A stretch of 64,000 nt of DNA from IMG/VR virus record IMGVR_UViG_3300047471_000541, positions 3,861 through 67,860 of that record; one strand, written 5' to 3'. Within the stretch, counting starts at the first letter, position 1; each line of letters opens with the position of its first letter. A program made the translations under genes and the position numbers. This DNA comes from a virus. The notes beneath the pieces are model-generated. The model worked only from the letters and a program-made list of their open reading frames with translations. It searched no databases and was not told the DNA's origin. Below are positions 37,052 through 47,900 of the stretch, one piece after another.

Positions 37052-38083
37052 TTATTCGAGAGGGTAAACCTTGCCTGCCACCGTAGCTGGCAGTCCCGGC
37101 CACAGTTCGTAAAGATAAAGGCGTCGCTTGTCGCCCGAGTTGTAGTCAATCATGGGATTCACTATCTTGGCAGCGCAATAGGCCGCTTCACCGGTCTTAT
37201 CTTCCGGCCCAATCTCACCAGTCACAGCCGCCGTCCACGCGCCGGTCTTCATGTTAGTCAGACGCGCCTGACAACCCATCACCTTGAGCTTCCGTGGCTC
37301 CAAGAGCTCGCGCACCTGTGGCGGGATCACAATGTATCGGTCCTCGTCGGCGTTGAGGTATTTCCCCTTGTTGTAATAGGCCGTCATCGGCTGATAACTC
37401 ACATCGTCGTGGTCGGGGCCGCTCCCATCGTTACAAATGTCCAGATCGCTACAGAAAGTCACGTAGCCGCCACCGAACGCCTGCCAGATAGACACAGGAT
37501 CAATGATGAGGAGCTTGCTCGGATCAAAGTCTTCCGGCTGCGCCGGCGTCGGCCCTGGCACTTCGGCGGGCTTACCGGTAATCGCTTCACTGATCGCCGC
37601 ACAGATCGGGTCGAAGTGTTTGTGGTACAAGTCGGCGTCGGTCGTGGAATCGACAAAGCACACCTCGATTAGAAGCGCCGGCTCCTCCGTCTTGTTGAGG
37701 AAAAACAGGTCGGTGCGCTTCTTCGGTCCACGATTGATCAGGCCGGAGGCGGCAGCGATGCTCGCGGAAACCTCGGCAGCCAGAACCTCCTGCGTCACAA
37801 ACAGGCACTCGGTTCCCATCGGCTTACTGGTGTCCTGGTAGGCGTTGAAGTGAACGCTAACGTCCAAATCCCGGGATTGGGCGTTGTGGAAATTGACGAT
37901 CCTGTTCAGGTTCTCGTTCTGCGTGGTCGAAATGTCGTCGTGAAAGCTCTGCACGCTCACACCGGCTCTCAGAAAATAAGCTGCGACTTGTTCGACCACC
38001 TTGCGCGCCTCGTCCACTTCGTCCAGCACACCGCTGGCGCCCCTGACTTTTTTGCCATGGCCGCTGGAAATAACGATGTTCAT
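37052..38083 (-). CDS. endolysin: Amidase_3 plus GH75-like C-terminal domain
   Basis: SSGHG...E...SVHFNA...LIEVCFVD; then DLDICNDG...YIVIP...GEIGP..KTGEA. Confidence 0.85.
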   Translation of the reverse strand: MNIVISSGHGKKVRGASGVLDEVDEARKVVEQVAAYFLRAGVSVQSFHDDISTTQNENLNRIVNFHNAQSRDLDVSVHFNAYQDTSKPMGTECLFVTQEVLAAEVSASIAAASGLINRGPKKRTDLFFLNKTEEPALLIEVCFVDSTTDADLYHKHFDPICAAISEAITGKPAEVPGPTPAQPEDFDPSKLLIIDPVSIWQAFGGGYVTFCSDLDICNDGSGPDHDDVSYQPMTAYYNKGKYLNADEDRYIVIPPQVRELLEPRKLKVMGCQARLTNMKTGAWTAAVTGEIGPEDKTGEAAYCAAKIVNPMIDYNSGDKRRLYLYELWPGLPATVAGKVYPLE

Positions 38084-38349
38084 CGTGGTTGTGGTTGCTT
38101 GGAGGGTTCTAGTTGCACCTGCGGCATAATGAGCATATTCGGACGCCCCAAAAGCTCGGCCAAATCCTTAACGTCGACAGTGCTCCCGCCCCTGTATTTC
38201 CCTTCCTGATTCGCGAAAAGCACGCGCACCCTGTTCGAGGTCAGCACGACTCCCTCGCGTTTCAGAATTTCACCGATTGCGGCTTCGGCTCGTTTAACTC
38301 GAGCCTGCTCGCTCCTGTTGGCTCCGTTGGCAGATGGTTTCTTTGGCAT
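38080..38349 (-). CDS. hypothetical protein
   Basis: Start MPKKPS behind the promoter motif; ATGA overlap with the endolysin. Confidence 0.6.
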   Translation of the reverse strand: MPKKPSANGANRSEQARVKRAEAAIGEILKREGVVLTSNRVRVLFANQEGKYRGGSTVDVKDLAELLGRPNMLIMPQVQLEPSKQPQPR

Positions 38350-38388
38350 TAGCCCGCGCTCTGAACCACATCGGTTCAAAAGGCAAGG
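38350..38388 (-). promoter_or_regulatory. promoter with TGAACC-N5-GGTTCA operator
   Basis: CTTGC-N19-CAGAGCGCG; palindrome at 38362-38378. Confidence 0.65.
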
Positions 38389-38712
38389 CTATTTGCGTTC
38401 CAACGTCAGTAATCGCTCCTTAATGTCCGAGATTTCCTTGTCGTGAATATCCTGTCGCAACCGCTCTAACTCATCCCATTGGCGCTTCTGTGTTCGCAGG
38501 TATTCATCGTGGAAAATCTCGAATGAGTTGGTCCCCTTGGCATCCATACGCTCGATGCGCGGAGCAGTCTCAATCTTCCAATCCACAACCTCGGCGATTT
38601 TCCCGCCGCGCTGGCCGATGCCATAGATGAAACCAAGCACACCGACGATAGCGATGGCAAGCGGAAGGCCAATAGCCACCCACCTGTGTTTGCCGTTGCC
38701 GTTCTCAGCCAC
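38389..38712 (-). CDS. single-TM protein, holin-like
   Basis: N-terminal TM WVAIGLPLAIAIVGVLGFIYGIG and coiled tail; near the endolysin. Confidence 0.55.
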   Translation of the reverse strand: MAENGNGKHRWVAIGLPLAIAIVGVLGFIYGIGQRGGKIAEVVDWKIETAPRIERMDAKGTNSFEIFHDEYLRTQKRQWDELERLRQDIHDKEISDIKERLLTLERK

Positions 38713-38750
38713 GCCAGCGCAACTGGCGAAACCACCCGCTCAAAGCAAGC
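38713..38750 (-). promoter_or_regulatory. conserved CTTGC-N19-CAG promoter motif
   Basis: GCTTGC-N19-CAGTTGCG before the GTG start. Confidence 0.55.
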
Positions 38751-38999
38751 CTAGAGTTTAAGGCCGTCGGCGGGCGGCTCAACAACGTTGCTGGCCGGAT
38801 CGTAGCTGTGCGGATAGGGAGTCGGGTTCCCGAGGCGTTTCAAGTCCATCCCCAGCCACATGATCGCTTCCTGCAATTTGGTGATCGTCAGAGCGCGCTC
38901 GCGGCTCGGGGTCAACTCCTTGAGTGTCTGCAACTGTTCGTCGAGATTTTTCCGGAGTTGCTTGTCGGCCTTGATGTTTTCGTCTTGTACTTCGGTCAT
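38751..38999 (-). CDS. Tad1/Acb2-like hairpin protein (candidate immune-signal sponge)
   Basis: SRERALTITKLQEAIMWL. Confidence 0.6.
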   Translation of the reverse strand: MTEVQDENIKADKQLRKNLDEQLQTLKELTPSRERALTITKLQEAIMWLGMDLKRLGNPTPYPHSYDPASNVVEPPADGLKL

Positions 39000-39001
39000 A
39001 G

Positions 39002-39418
39002 TCAGTGAAGGTTGAGGCGCGCACGAATCTCGTCAAGGTGCGGGTCTTTAGGATTTAAGGAGCGCCGGTGTTCGATTTCCCGCTCGTCGAGCCAACGGGC
39101 GATTTTGCGCCACGTTTGGAAGATCGACACGAGTCGCATGACTGCCTTTGGGGTGAGCTGAGTAATGTCAACCTCCTCCAAAAGATCGCGAGATTCCTTG
39201 AAACCTCGCTCGATACAGGTACTCGAAAACCACTGGAACGCGGAATTTTGCCGGAGGCTTTCAATGTCCCCGAGTTCGTCGAGAGCCCGTTTTTCGTTTC
39301 GTTCTCTGGCTCCTGGCTCGCCGGCTGGATCGGCCCTGAATCCTCCGGCGACGGTTCGGACAAGCTCATTGTCAGTTAATCGCCGGATCGGCGGGGTTGG
39401 ATTGGTGTCATCAGCCAC
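39002..39418 (-). CDS. hypothetical protein downstream of the portal
   Basis: Helical ORF in the operon. Confidence 0.65.
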   Translation of the reverse strand: MADDTNPTPPIRRLTDNELVRTVAGGFRADPAGEPGARERNEKRALDELGDIESLRQNSAFQWFSSTCIERGFKESRDLLEEVDITQLTPKAVMRLVSIFQTWRKIARWLDEREIEHRRSLNPKDPHLDEIRARLNLH

Positions 39419-39430
39419 ACGGGCAGTTAA

Positions 39431-41977
39431 TCACTTCTTCTGACCGTTTGTCGAGCCTGCTTTCTTCGCCGCAGCCGCTTTCTGGCGAGCCGCTTCTTCC
39501 GCTTGCTTCATTCTCAGTGCGTGTTGCTCGGTCGATTGCTGTGTCGAAACCTGCGCCTGATGAGTTGCTACCTGCGTCTTGAGGTTCGCCTCCCGAACCG
39601 CCGTTTCTTGCTTGAGGCGCGAAGATTCAATCGCTGTCGAAGCCTTGAGGCGCGCGGCCTCAGTCTGTTGTCCCATCTTCTGCTCGTGGAGCTGCGCGCT
39701 TTGCTCCATCTTCTGTTGGTGCTCCTGCCCCTTCATCGCCATTTCCTGTTGGGGATCGCCTTGCCCTGCGGTTTTCTCCGCAGTTTTGACCTGTAGGTCT
39801 TGCTGGACTTTCTGAGCGACTTCTTGAGGACTCCCCGGCGAGATACCTTCCCGCTGCAAAACCTGCACCTGCTCGCTGCGGAGAAGATCGGGGTATTTGG
39901 TGGCGATGCTCGTGCGCGGCGGGAGCTTCGCGGCCTGTTGCTGCTCCTGTTTCCACTGTTCGACCTCCTGATCGCTGACTTTCCGCAGCAACCGGTCACT
40001 GTCCTGCACTTCCAGAGCGCGCAACTGGCGCACGTATTCTTCGCGGAGGAGGTTTTGTTCCTCTGGATTCAGCGCCTCGTAGTACTCACGGCAAAGCTGA
40101 ACAACCATGCGGGCAGTCTCAATCGTTTCCGTCGATCGGGAACGAGTAAGGAGAAGTCGAGTGTGCCGACCAAGATTGCGGATTTCTTCTCTCGAAAGAG
40201 TGAGGAGCGACTGCGTGTCCTCGTCGTACAAGACCTCATTTGGATCCATGTGTTCTAACACGCAATCCACGACCTGATCAAGCACCTGAGTTACGCCGTC
40301 GCCTTGCGCGGCCTCGGTTTCTTTCATCAGGACGTTGGCAGTTCGCTCGAGCGATTTGATGCCGGTGGCGAGCTTGGTCGTATCCAGGCCAGCCATGTTG
40401 CCATCGTCGGGGCCGACCATCCCAACCTCGGTGGACGCGGCTTGAAGCATCAGCTCGATTAGCTTCATCGCGTTCTCGTCAATGTCCGTGAGTTGGACTT
40501 GGAAAAGTGGCGGGTTGGACGCGGTGAAACGCGGGTCGTCAACGTCGAGCACCTGATCGTCGCCGAACACCAACTCCTGACCGGCCTTCCATTGGCTCAC
40601 GGCGTTCCGGTTGCGGAAGCGCACGCTCGAATTCTTTGAGCTCTTGAAGTTGACGCGGTTAAACTGCGTGTCGATGTAGAGCTGCTTGTGGTCGAGCATT
40701 TCAAATACACCCGTTCCATACCAGCGATCGGGGACCTGCTCGATGCCGACGATAACGTCAAAGGGCCGCTTTTTGAGGTGAGCGCCCATGTAGTCATACC
40801 AGATCGCTTTCTTGTTCTTGCGGTCGATGACAACCCAAACTTCCTCCTCGATGCCGTCGTCGTCGACGTCCATTCTCATGTAGCAATCCGCTGCGTTCAC
40901 GATTTTGAGCGCCTGACTGCCAGCCTCTACTTCGCCGGTCACTTCCTGCTTTGATTCCTTCGCCGCCTTCGCACCGCTAAGGTAAGGCTGGTTCACGTAG
41001 TCTTTGCTGACCTCGAACATTCCGTAGATCATCACCAGTCGTTCCCACTGTTCATCGAAAAGATGAACGCAAATGTCGGCCTCGTGGATCGAAGCGACGT
41101 TGAGCGGGCAAAGAAAATCACGGAAGTCCACTGGTCGCAGATCAACGCCTTCCTGATGGGTTAACACCTGATCGAGCATCGGGAAATCTTCGTACTCGGG
41201 CGTAAAGCGCATCGCCACGTTGGGCTCTTTGCGGAGGCGGAACTGACCTTGCACGTTGGGATCGGGGATGAAGTCGTCCTGCTCGTAGATGTAGTTGCCG
41301 CGCGGCGTCATTACCGGTTCGCCTTCCGGAGTAAACACTTGGCCTCCCGGTCCCTCGTAAACGAAGGGACCAGCGGCCACGCGGGCTGGGCCACGGAACT
41401 TACTGGTGTTGGCGACGTAGGTAATCTTCATCACCTGTTCGTTGCGGATCAGCGCGCATTTAAGCCCAGTCGCCAGCGAGCGTTTCACGTTGCTCTGGCG
41501 CACCTTCATTTGCAGGAACTTCTCGGCGCTCATGCTCACCTGGGTATCCTCCACGCTCACGGCCTCCGGCATGATCGCGAAGAAAGGGTCAGTTCCACAC
41601 AAGTCATCACGCGACTTGGCCGACATGAGGCGCGCGTAACGCTTGGAAATGTTGATCGAGAAGTTGGAGAACTCGAAGATGCCGCCTAGCGCCAACCGCC
41701 ATTGCCAGTCGTTGTCATACTGGTCTTGGTTCTTCTGACGGACACCCATCCACCGCGTCGGATCAACCCGACCTGTGCCGTCAAGGTAGAGTCCCATTTG
41801 TGAGGACAACTCGTCGATCCGCAAGATCGCCCGCTCAACCATCGCGTCCACCTGTGAAGGCGTGAGAACGAGGTTGGATTTGATCGGCTGGATTCCGTCA
41901 AGCGGGTTAATCTCCGGCGCTTGATCGTTCGGTTCCACCGCTGCCGGCGCTGTCGTGTTAGGGCTTGGGGTCGTCAT
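39431..41977 (-). CDS. portal protein (P22/podovirus-like) with Gln-rich tail
   Basis: Size, RPF...VPDRWYG.G...Q...D..FN, TKLATGI, C-terminal coiled coil. Confidence 0.8.
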   Translation of the reverse strand: MTTPSPNTTAPAAVEPNDQAPEINPLDGIQPIKSNLVLTPSQVDAMVERAILRIDELSSQMGLYLDGTGRVDPTRWMGVRQKNQDQYDNDWQWRLALGGIFEFSNFSINISKRYARLMSAKSRDDLCGTDPFFAIMPEAVSVEDTQVSMSAEKFLQMKVRQSNVKRSLATGLKCALIRNEQVMKITYVANTSKFRGPARVAAGPFVYEGPGGQVFTPEGEPVMTPRGNYIYEQDDFIPDPNVQGQFRLRKEPNVAMRFTPEYEDFPMLDQVLTHQEGVDLRPVDFRDFLCPLNVASIHEADICVHLFDEQWERLVMIYGMFEVSKDYVNQPYLSGAKAAKESKQEVTGEVEAGSQALKIVNAADCYMRMDVDDDGIEEEVWVVIDRKNKKAIWYDYMGAHLKKRPFDVIVGIEQVPDRWYGTGVFEMLDHKQLYIDTQFNRVNFKSSKNSSVRFRNRNAVSQWKAGQELVFGDDQVLDVDDPRFTASNPPLFQVQLTDIDENAMKLIELMLQAASTEVGMVGPDDGNMAGLDTTKLATGIKSLERTANVLMKETEAAQGDGVTQVLDQVVDCVLEHMDPNEVLYDEDTQSLLTLSREEIRNLGRHTRLLLTRSRSTETIETARMVVQLCREYYEALNPEEQNLLREEYVRQLRALEVQDSDRLLRKVSDQEVEQWKQEQQQAAKLPPRTSIATKYPDLLRSEQVQVLQREGISPGSPQEVAQKVQQDLQVKTAEKTAGQGDPQQEMAMKGQEHQQKMEQSAQLHEQKMGQQTEAARLKASTAIESSRLKQETAVREANLKTQVATHQAQVSTQQSTEQHALRMKQAEEAARQKAAAAKKAGSTNGQKK

Positions 41978-44900
41978 TTAGAATCCTGTGAACATCGTTC
42001 TGCCACCACCTCGGCGGTAGCTCCCTGCACGCTTGCGTTCCAAAATGGAAGTCATTTGTTCGCGCTCCCGTGGTTCGGCCAAGGCATACACCTTCTCGGC
42101 TTCGGCCAGTGGCAACCGGTCAACCGCGCTGGCGATGGGACCGAGCCGCGCCCGCTTGTAGAGCTGGGAAATGTCACGTGGATGGATCACACCGGTATTG
42201 ATCGCCTTGGTAATGTCCGGAGCTTCACCACGACGAAGTTTCGACACGAGGTCGCGTTTACCCTTCTGAATCTCGAACTGCTCAGGAGTAATGCCTTCCT
42301 GCGGGTTGTGCGTCTTGTAGTAAGCGTCCAGTTCGGCCTGCGCTGGCGTCTGCGTAAGCGCGCGCGGAGCTGGCATGACGCCGACAAGGGGCAGCACCTT
42401 CTCCGGAAAGCCTTTTCCGCGCTCCTTGGCGCGCTGGGAGCCGCGCCACCAGAAGGGCTGGAACGCCGAAATGATATGTTTACCGCTCTGGTAGGCTTGC
42501 TTGATCACGCTGGCGTCGGGATCGCGCACTTGAACGCCGTAATAATCGCGGTTCTTGATGATTTCCCCAAAGAGCGAAATGGCGGGGTGCGTCTTATTCA
42601 TGATCGTTTCGCCCGGGTGTTTCCCGTAGGCGTACAAATCCTTCATGTAAGTCGGCAGCACGAAACGCTCGGGGTTGCCATGTTCGTCCTCGCGCCCTGT
42701 CCGGAACGCCCAGTAATCCTGCCCCTCCGGTTTCTTGCCAGAAAAGAGGTAGGTCAACGCCGCGTTCATGACGGCGGTCATCAGCACGAGGGAAATCGCG
42801 TAGGCGGTGCGCGGAGGCAGGTCTTTAGGCAGGCTACCGGTGTCGTGCCATTCCTTGAAGAAGTTACCGGCGTCTTTAACAGCGCCGCCGAGCTGTAGGA
42901 TCGTGCCGCCAGTCCAGCCAGGAGCGCGCACGAACATCTGCAGAACGTTTTTCGCAACGTTATTTCCAAACAGCCGCTTGTACTGAACCTGCCCCAGCCG
43001 CGCGTCGATGGTCGTCCAGAGCATCGAAAATTGCGGAGCCAGTTCTTCGAGAGTTTTGCCGGGGTTCATGTCGATAATGCGCCACGCTTCGTGCGCGAAA
43101 ACGCCCAGCTTCTGGCGCGGCACGAGGAAATCCATGATCGGTTTCGCCATGAGTTCGATAAGCGCCACAGGCGAACGCACCGCCGCCCGAATCTTCCGCC
43201 CGCTGTAGAAATCCTTGTAGGCCGCGTCGATCTGGTCGGTGCGAAGTCCCTTCTCGATGGATACTCCGGCGCCGGCCAACTCCGCAGCGCGCACGACCTG
43301 ATTGATACGCGGGTCCTGTGAGGGAGTTTTGCTGACATAAGCGTTGAGAACCGCGTCGCCAGCTTTCGGCACCGAATACATCGCGGTAGGCTGTTCTTTC
43401 AAGACGCTACCTAGATCGCCCATCGTGCGATTGCCGCGCATCACTCCATAGACTTCCTGTAACAAGCGCGCGAGGCCGCTGATCTGAGCTTCCATCGAAG
43501 TGAAACCAGCGTGGAACGCGCTCCCGATCCCGAGCTGCGTCTGGTTGAGCAGGTTGGCGAAGGCCATCCACGCGCCAAAGGGTTTGCCGAAGTAACGGCT
43601 CTCGTAAAGCGAGTCCGAAAGGTAGTTCTCGATAATGTCGGCGTATTCGTTAGGCACGATCCGTTTGCCGACCAGATTCAGACCGTAATCCGCACTTTTC
43701 GCCCACACCTTCCCGAAGGGATCAGGGAATTCCCGCCAGCCGTCCGGTGGCTTGGCCGTCGGCGGGATGATCTTCATGTTACCTTCCTCAGTCCACCGCT
43801 GGATAATCTTGTTCGCCATGATCGACTGATCCAGTTCGTGGAGCTTCGCCATGATCGCATCGGCGGGGTTGGGCATCGTCGGCTCGAGTCCGAACTTCTC
43901 GGCAGTCAACTTGTCAGTGAACACCATTTCGTGACGAAACTTCTCCGGCCCTTTAAGCGGGTGCTTCGCAAACGCGCTCATCCAGCCCTGATCACTGCCC
44001 TTATCGGAATTCTGTGCGATTAACTCCTTAACGCGCGCACGAATCTCGGCCATTTTCGCTTCCGAGGTGTTATTGGCGTCGAACTTCTCCTTTTCCTTGT
44101 CGGTCAGGATTTCGTCGATCGCTTGATTGAAAGCGCGTCGGCTTTGGACGGTCCAGTAACCGGGGAAATAATGTTGCTTTACCGAACTCAGTGGCGCGTC
44201 GGCACGCTCGGCCTGCCTGATCCGGTCGTCGAGCAGCTCCTTGTAGAGCTTTGCGGCCGCATCGAGTTCAGGCGGATACAAAATGTCGAGAGCCTGATCG
44301 GGCGTCATCTTGTTGACTTCTTCCTGTGTGTGACCGCGAGCCAAGAGAGCGGCCTCCAACTTCCGTCCGGCTGGCGTCACCATTGAAGGAATTGTGCCTC
44401 TCGGGCGCACCGGTTTCCCCGTGGACATGGCGTGAGCGAACTCGGTGCCTGGGTGATACTCATAGGGAATGTCCGTCCGGTCGGCCCCCATCTTCACAAA
44501 CATTCTCCACGAACCGCCCTTTGCTGGGAACGAGGGCTGAATTTTACGCTTGGCGATTTCGGCTTGCCTGTTTCGTTCGCCCAAAAACTCGCGCACATCG
44601 TTCGCGGCCTGTAGGTGCATACCGCCCTTGGAAGTCGGCGCCAGTCCAGCAACGTCCGAGAGCGCGCCTTTCGCCCAATCCAAGCCGGAACCTTTCGACA
44701 CCGTAGCGAACACGCCGCGAAGTTTTTTGCGTTGCGCGGGCGAAAGCATCCCGAGCGTGAACTCGTTGGGGATCCCAATTCGCGAGGGATCATTCGGATC
44801 CTCCGTTCTTACCACATGCTCAATCGCTTCTCGCGTAAGGTCACGCCCGTAACGCAACTCGGCCAGCTTCATGCTGTATTTGTCCATCGCGTGAAGCAGA

Positions 44901-47900
44901 GCGTTATCATCGCCGAAAGCGGCTTCGTGTTCGAGATACTCAGGCAACCGGCCTTCCTTGATCGCCTTTGCTATTGCCGCAACGGGAGCGGGACCACCGA
45001 ACGTGAAAGACTCAGCGAGTGCTTTGATTTCTTTCGGGTTTTCCGGTGTCCATTTGTCATGGAAAACTTCGGCAAAGAGTTCGGTGTAGTCAGCCTTGTC
45101 GAGCTTCAAGTCAGCTCGCTTCTCTGTGATCGGTCGGCTTTGCCCAACGCGCGCACGATGCCACGTCGCGTCAATAGAGAGCTGGGTGCGCGGCGATACC
45201 AGTTTCAATGCACGGAGGTATTTGTCGTTGGGTTTGGTTTCACCCAACCCCAGCAGATGAACCGAGGTTGGCTGGCTCTGCTTAAAGAACCGCAGAACGT
45301 CTTGCTTGGGGGTGGCGTCCATGTTCGAGGGTATGCCAATCGCGATGTTCGGCCCGAACTTCTCTTTGTAGTGGGCATACTGCTCGCTAAGGGAAAGTTT
45401 GCCGTTCTGAGCTGGCAGGATCGCGCGCGCACCCGAAGCGATGAATTTCTTTATCTCCGCTTGGTAATGATCGAGTAGTTTTAGGGTTGTATCCTGTTCG
45501 CCTAAAACGTCGGGCATCACCAAGCTCAGATTGCCGGCAGAATTCCCGCTTTGCTCAACGAGGCTCGAGTACTTCTCGAACACCTTGTCGAAATCGACCG
45601 TCCCGCCGCGCCGCTTCACGCCAAACGCACCGGAATCGACAAACACCTTACCACCGGCCTGCGCGTAATCGGCGAGCTTGGTGATGTGCCGCGGCTGCGC
45701 TGACTGAATGTCGACGCCGATATTGCTCTTGGTGTTGCGGTAGGCGTCAATGATCGAATCGGTGTTCGCCCCGCTCTTGAAAGCCGTTACCGGCGTCTTG
45801 GGCGCTTGCATGTAAAGAAACTCAAGGCGTGAACCGTGAACAGGGTTCCTGACGTACACCGTGTTCCCCACACTGATCGCTTCATCTGCACGAACCACCG
45901 GTTCGTCGTTGGTCTTGTCGTAAAAGTAGCTGTGCTCCAGCGGATCGAAGCCTAGCGGTGTCCACTTGCTCAGATCGTTAATGTCAGAGGGCAGCGCGCG
46001 GTCAGGGTTATACTTGCCTTCCGCTGCGGCGATTGGTGCCTTGCTGATGAGTTGATCCCTGATCTTCGCGGAAGTTCCCTCGCGAACTGTAAAGCTAACG
46101 GGACCGTCCAGGCGAACAATCGAATCATATCCGATGTTTTTCCCCAGTTTGGGGGCGTGAACGGTTTGAGCGTATGTCCCTGAACGTAAAAATGAGGGAA
46201 TGTCGATTCGGACACTGACAGGAGTGCCTTTCGGTAAAGTCCGGTTAGCACCAACCAAAGGCGCTTTGTTACTCGTCAGCGCAGCGGCCAGCTTCTCATC
46301 CGAAACCGGCTGTGGCTGCTTGAAACTAGGGTCATACCTCAGCGGTACGCCGCCACCGCGTCCAGTGGCGATTTCGCCTTGGCCTTTTTGGGTTTCACCT
46401 TGGCGGGCAATTTCCCCGGGTTGTCGAAGTGATGCTCCCTCGCCCACTTCTCCCCCTTCACCCCGAACGCCCACTCCCTCTGCGCTTGTGATTTCGCTGG
46501 CATATTTTTTTTTCCCTCTCGGTTGCTGCATTCCCATCGTTTCCGGTGGCGCTTCCTCGCCTTCTGGTGGCGTATAGGGATGCCAAACGGACCTGCTGCC
46601 TTGACCTGCTCCTGCCAAAAGCGTCCTCCTCAGTTCGCCTATCACTTCGTCGTAAGGCGCTTTTCGCAAAGAGCCGGTTCGCTGATACAACGTCCACATA
46701 TTTTGCCCCGGAACGCCGATCGTACGTTGGTAAAGCGCATAACCGCCGCCCTTCCGAGGGAGAATGTAAAAATGATGCTTAACGTTTCCGCCCTTCTCCG
46801 TTTCGGTCGCTATCGGGCGATCCTGCCCGGGTGTGATCGCGCCTCCCATCGACTTCGGGAGCTTCTGGCCAGTAAGCGCGAGCTGGCCCGCGTACGGCGC
46901 GATTGCCTCGGTGCCGGAAGGTAGCGGTCGAGCGCGCGGAGTAACATACTCCTGCACAGTGGAAAACTTCGCCGCGCCCTGAGCTGGCGGCTTTAACACC
47001 TGTGGCCGGATTCCTGCCAGTGAATTGTAGATCGACGCCTTGTGCCGGAGCCAGAGTTCCGTTTCGCGTCGGCTCAAACCCTTTGGCGGATTGGTGCTGA
47101 GGAGAAGCGAGGAGCGATCGGGATAAGAATAGTCGATGTGCTTCGCTTCCTTTTTCAGATCCAAACCCTTCTCGTAAATCGCGAGCAACCCTGACTCTCG
47201 GGTTATGTCTTTCCTACGCCGCATCATTTCAAAGTTTCGCTTGTACTGGGCGATCACTCGGTCGTGCAGCCGCGCCAGAATTTCCCCAGGCACCCGCTTA
47301 TCGTAGAGGTATTGGGCGAAGCTCTCGGCGAAAAACTCATAGACGTTATTGGAGTAATAGCGCGACTTGGAGGTTGAAGCCTGCGGGGTTCCTTGAACGA
47401 AATAAGCCTGTGTTCCGCTGCGGCCACCGAGCTTGGCGTACAGACGCGCCACGGCCCTGCGCTCAGGCACGGTCAGTAACACAAAATAAGCAACGTGACC
47501 GAACTCGTGCAGGAACACTTTTCCCTTGTCGTTGGAGAGGATCGCATTGTGGCGCGCCTTCTTTTTACCTCGCTGCAACGTGAGGCTTCCCCGCCCGCCG
47601 TAGGTTCCGCCACCTGTCCCCAACGCCTTCATTCTCGGGTTGCTGGCGAAATCGATCCGCTGCAAGAACTCGCCCTTCATTTGCGCAGCCAACGCCCGTA
47701 TCATTTCAGCGTGCGTAGGGAAAATCGTGTTTTCCTTAACGAACTGTTCAAGCTCGTGCTGCAAATAAGCGTGACCGGGACTCAAAGCTGAGAACTTCGC
47801 TGGGTCGTCCACCAGCTCCATGATTTCGTCCTCGCTCATCTGGTTCGCGTTGTTGCGCTGCCGGTCGGTTTCGTCCTGAATGTCCTTGAAGAACTTGTCA

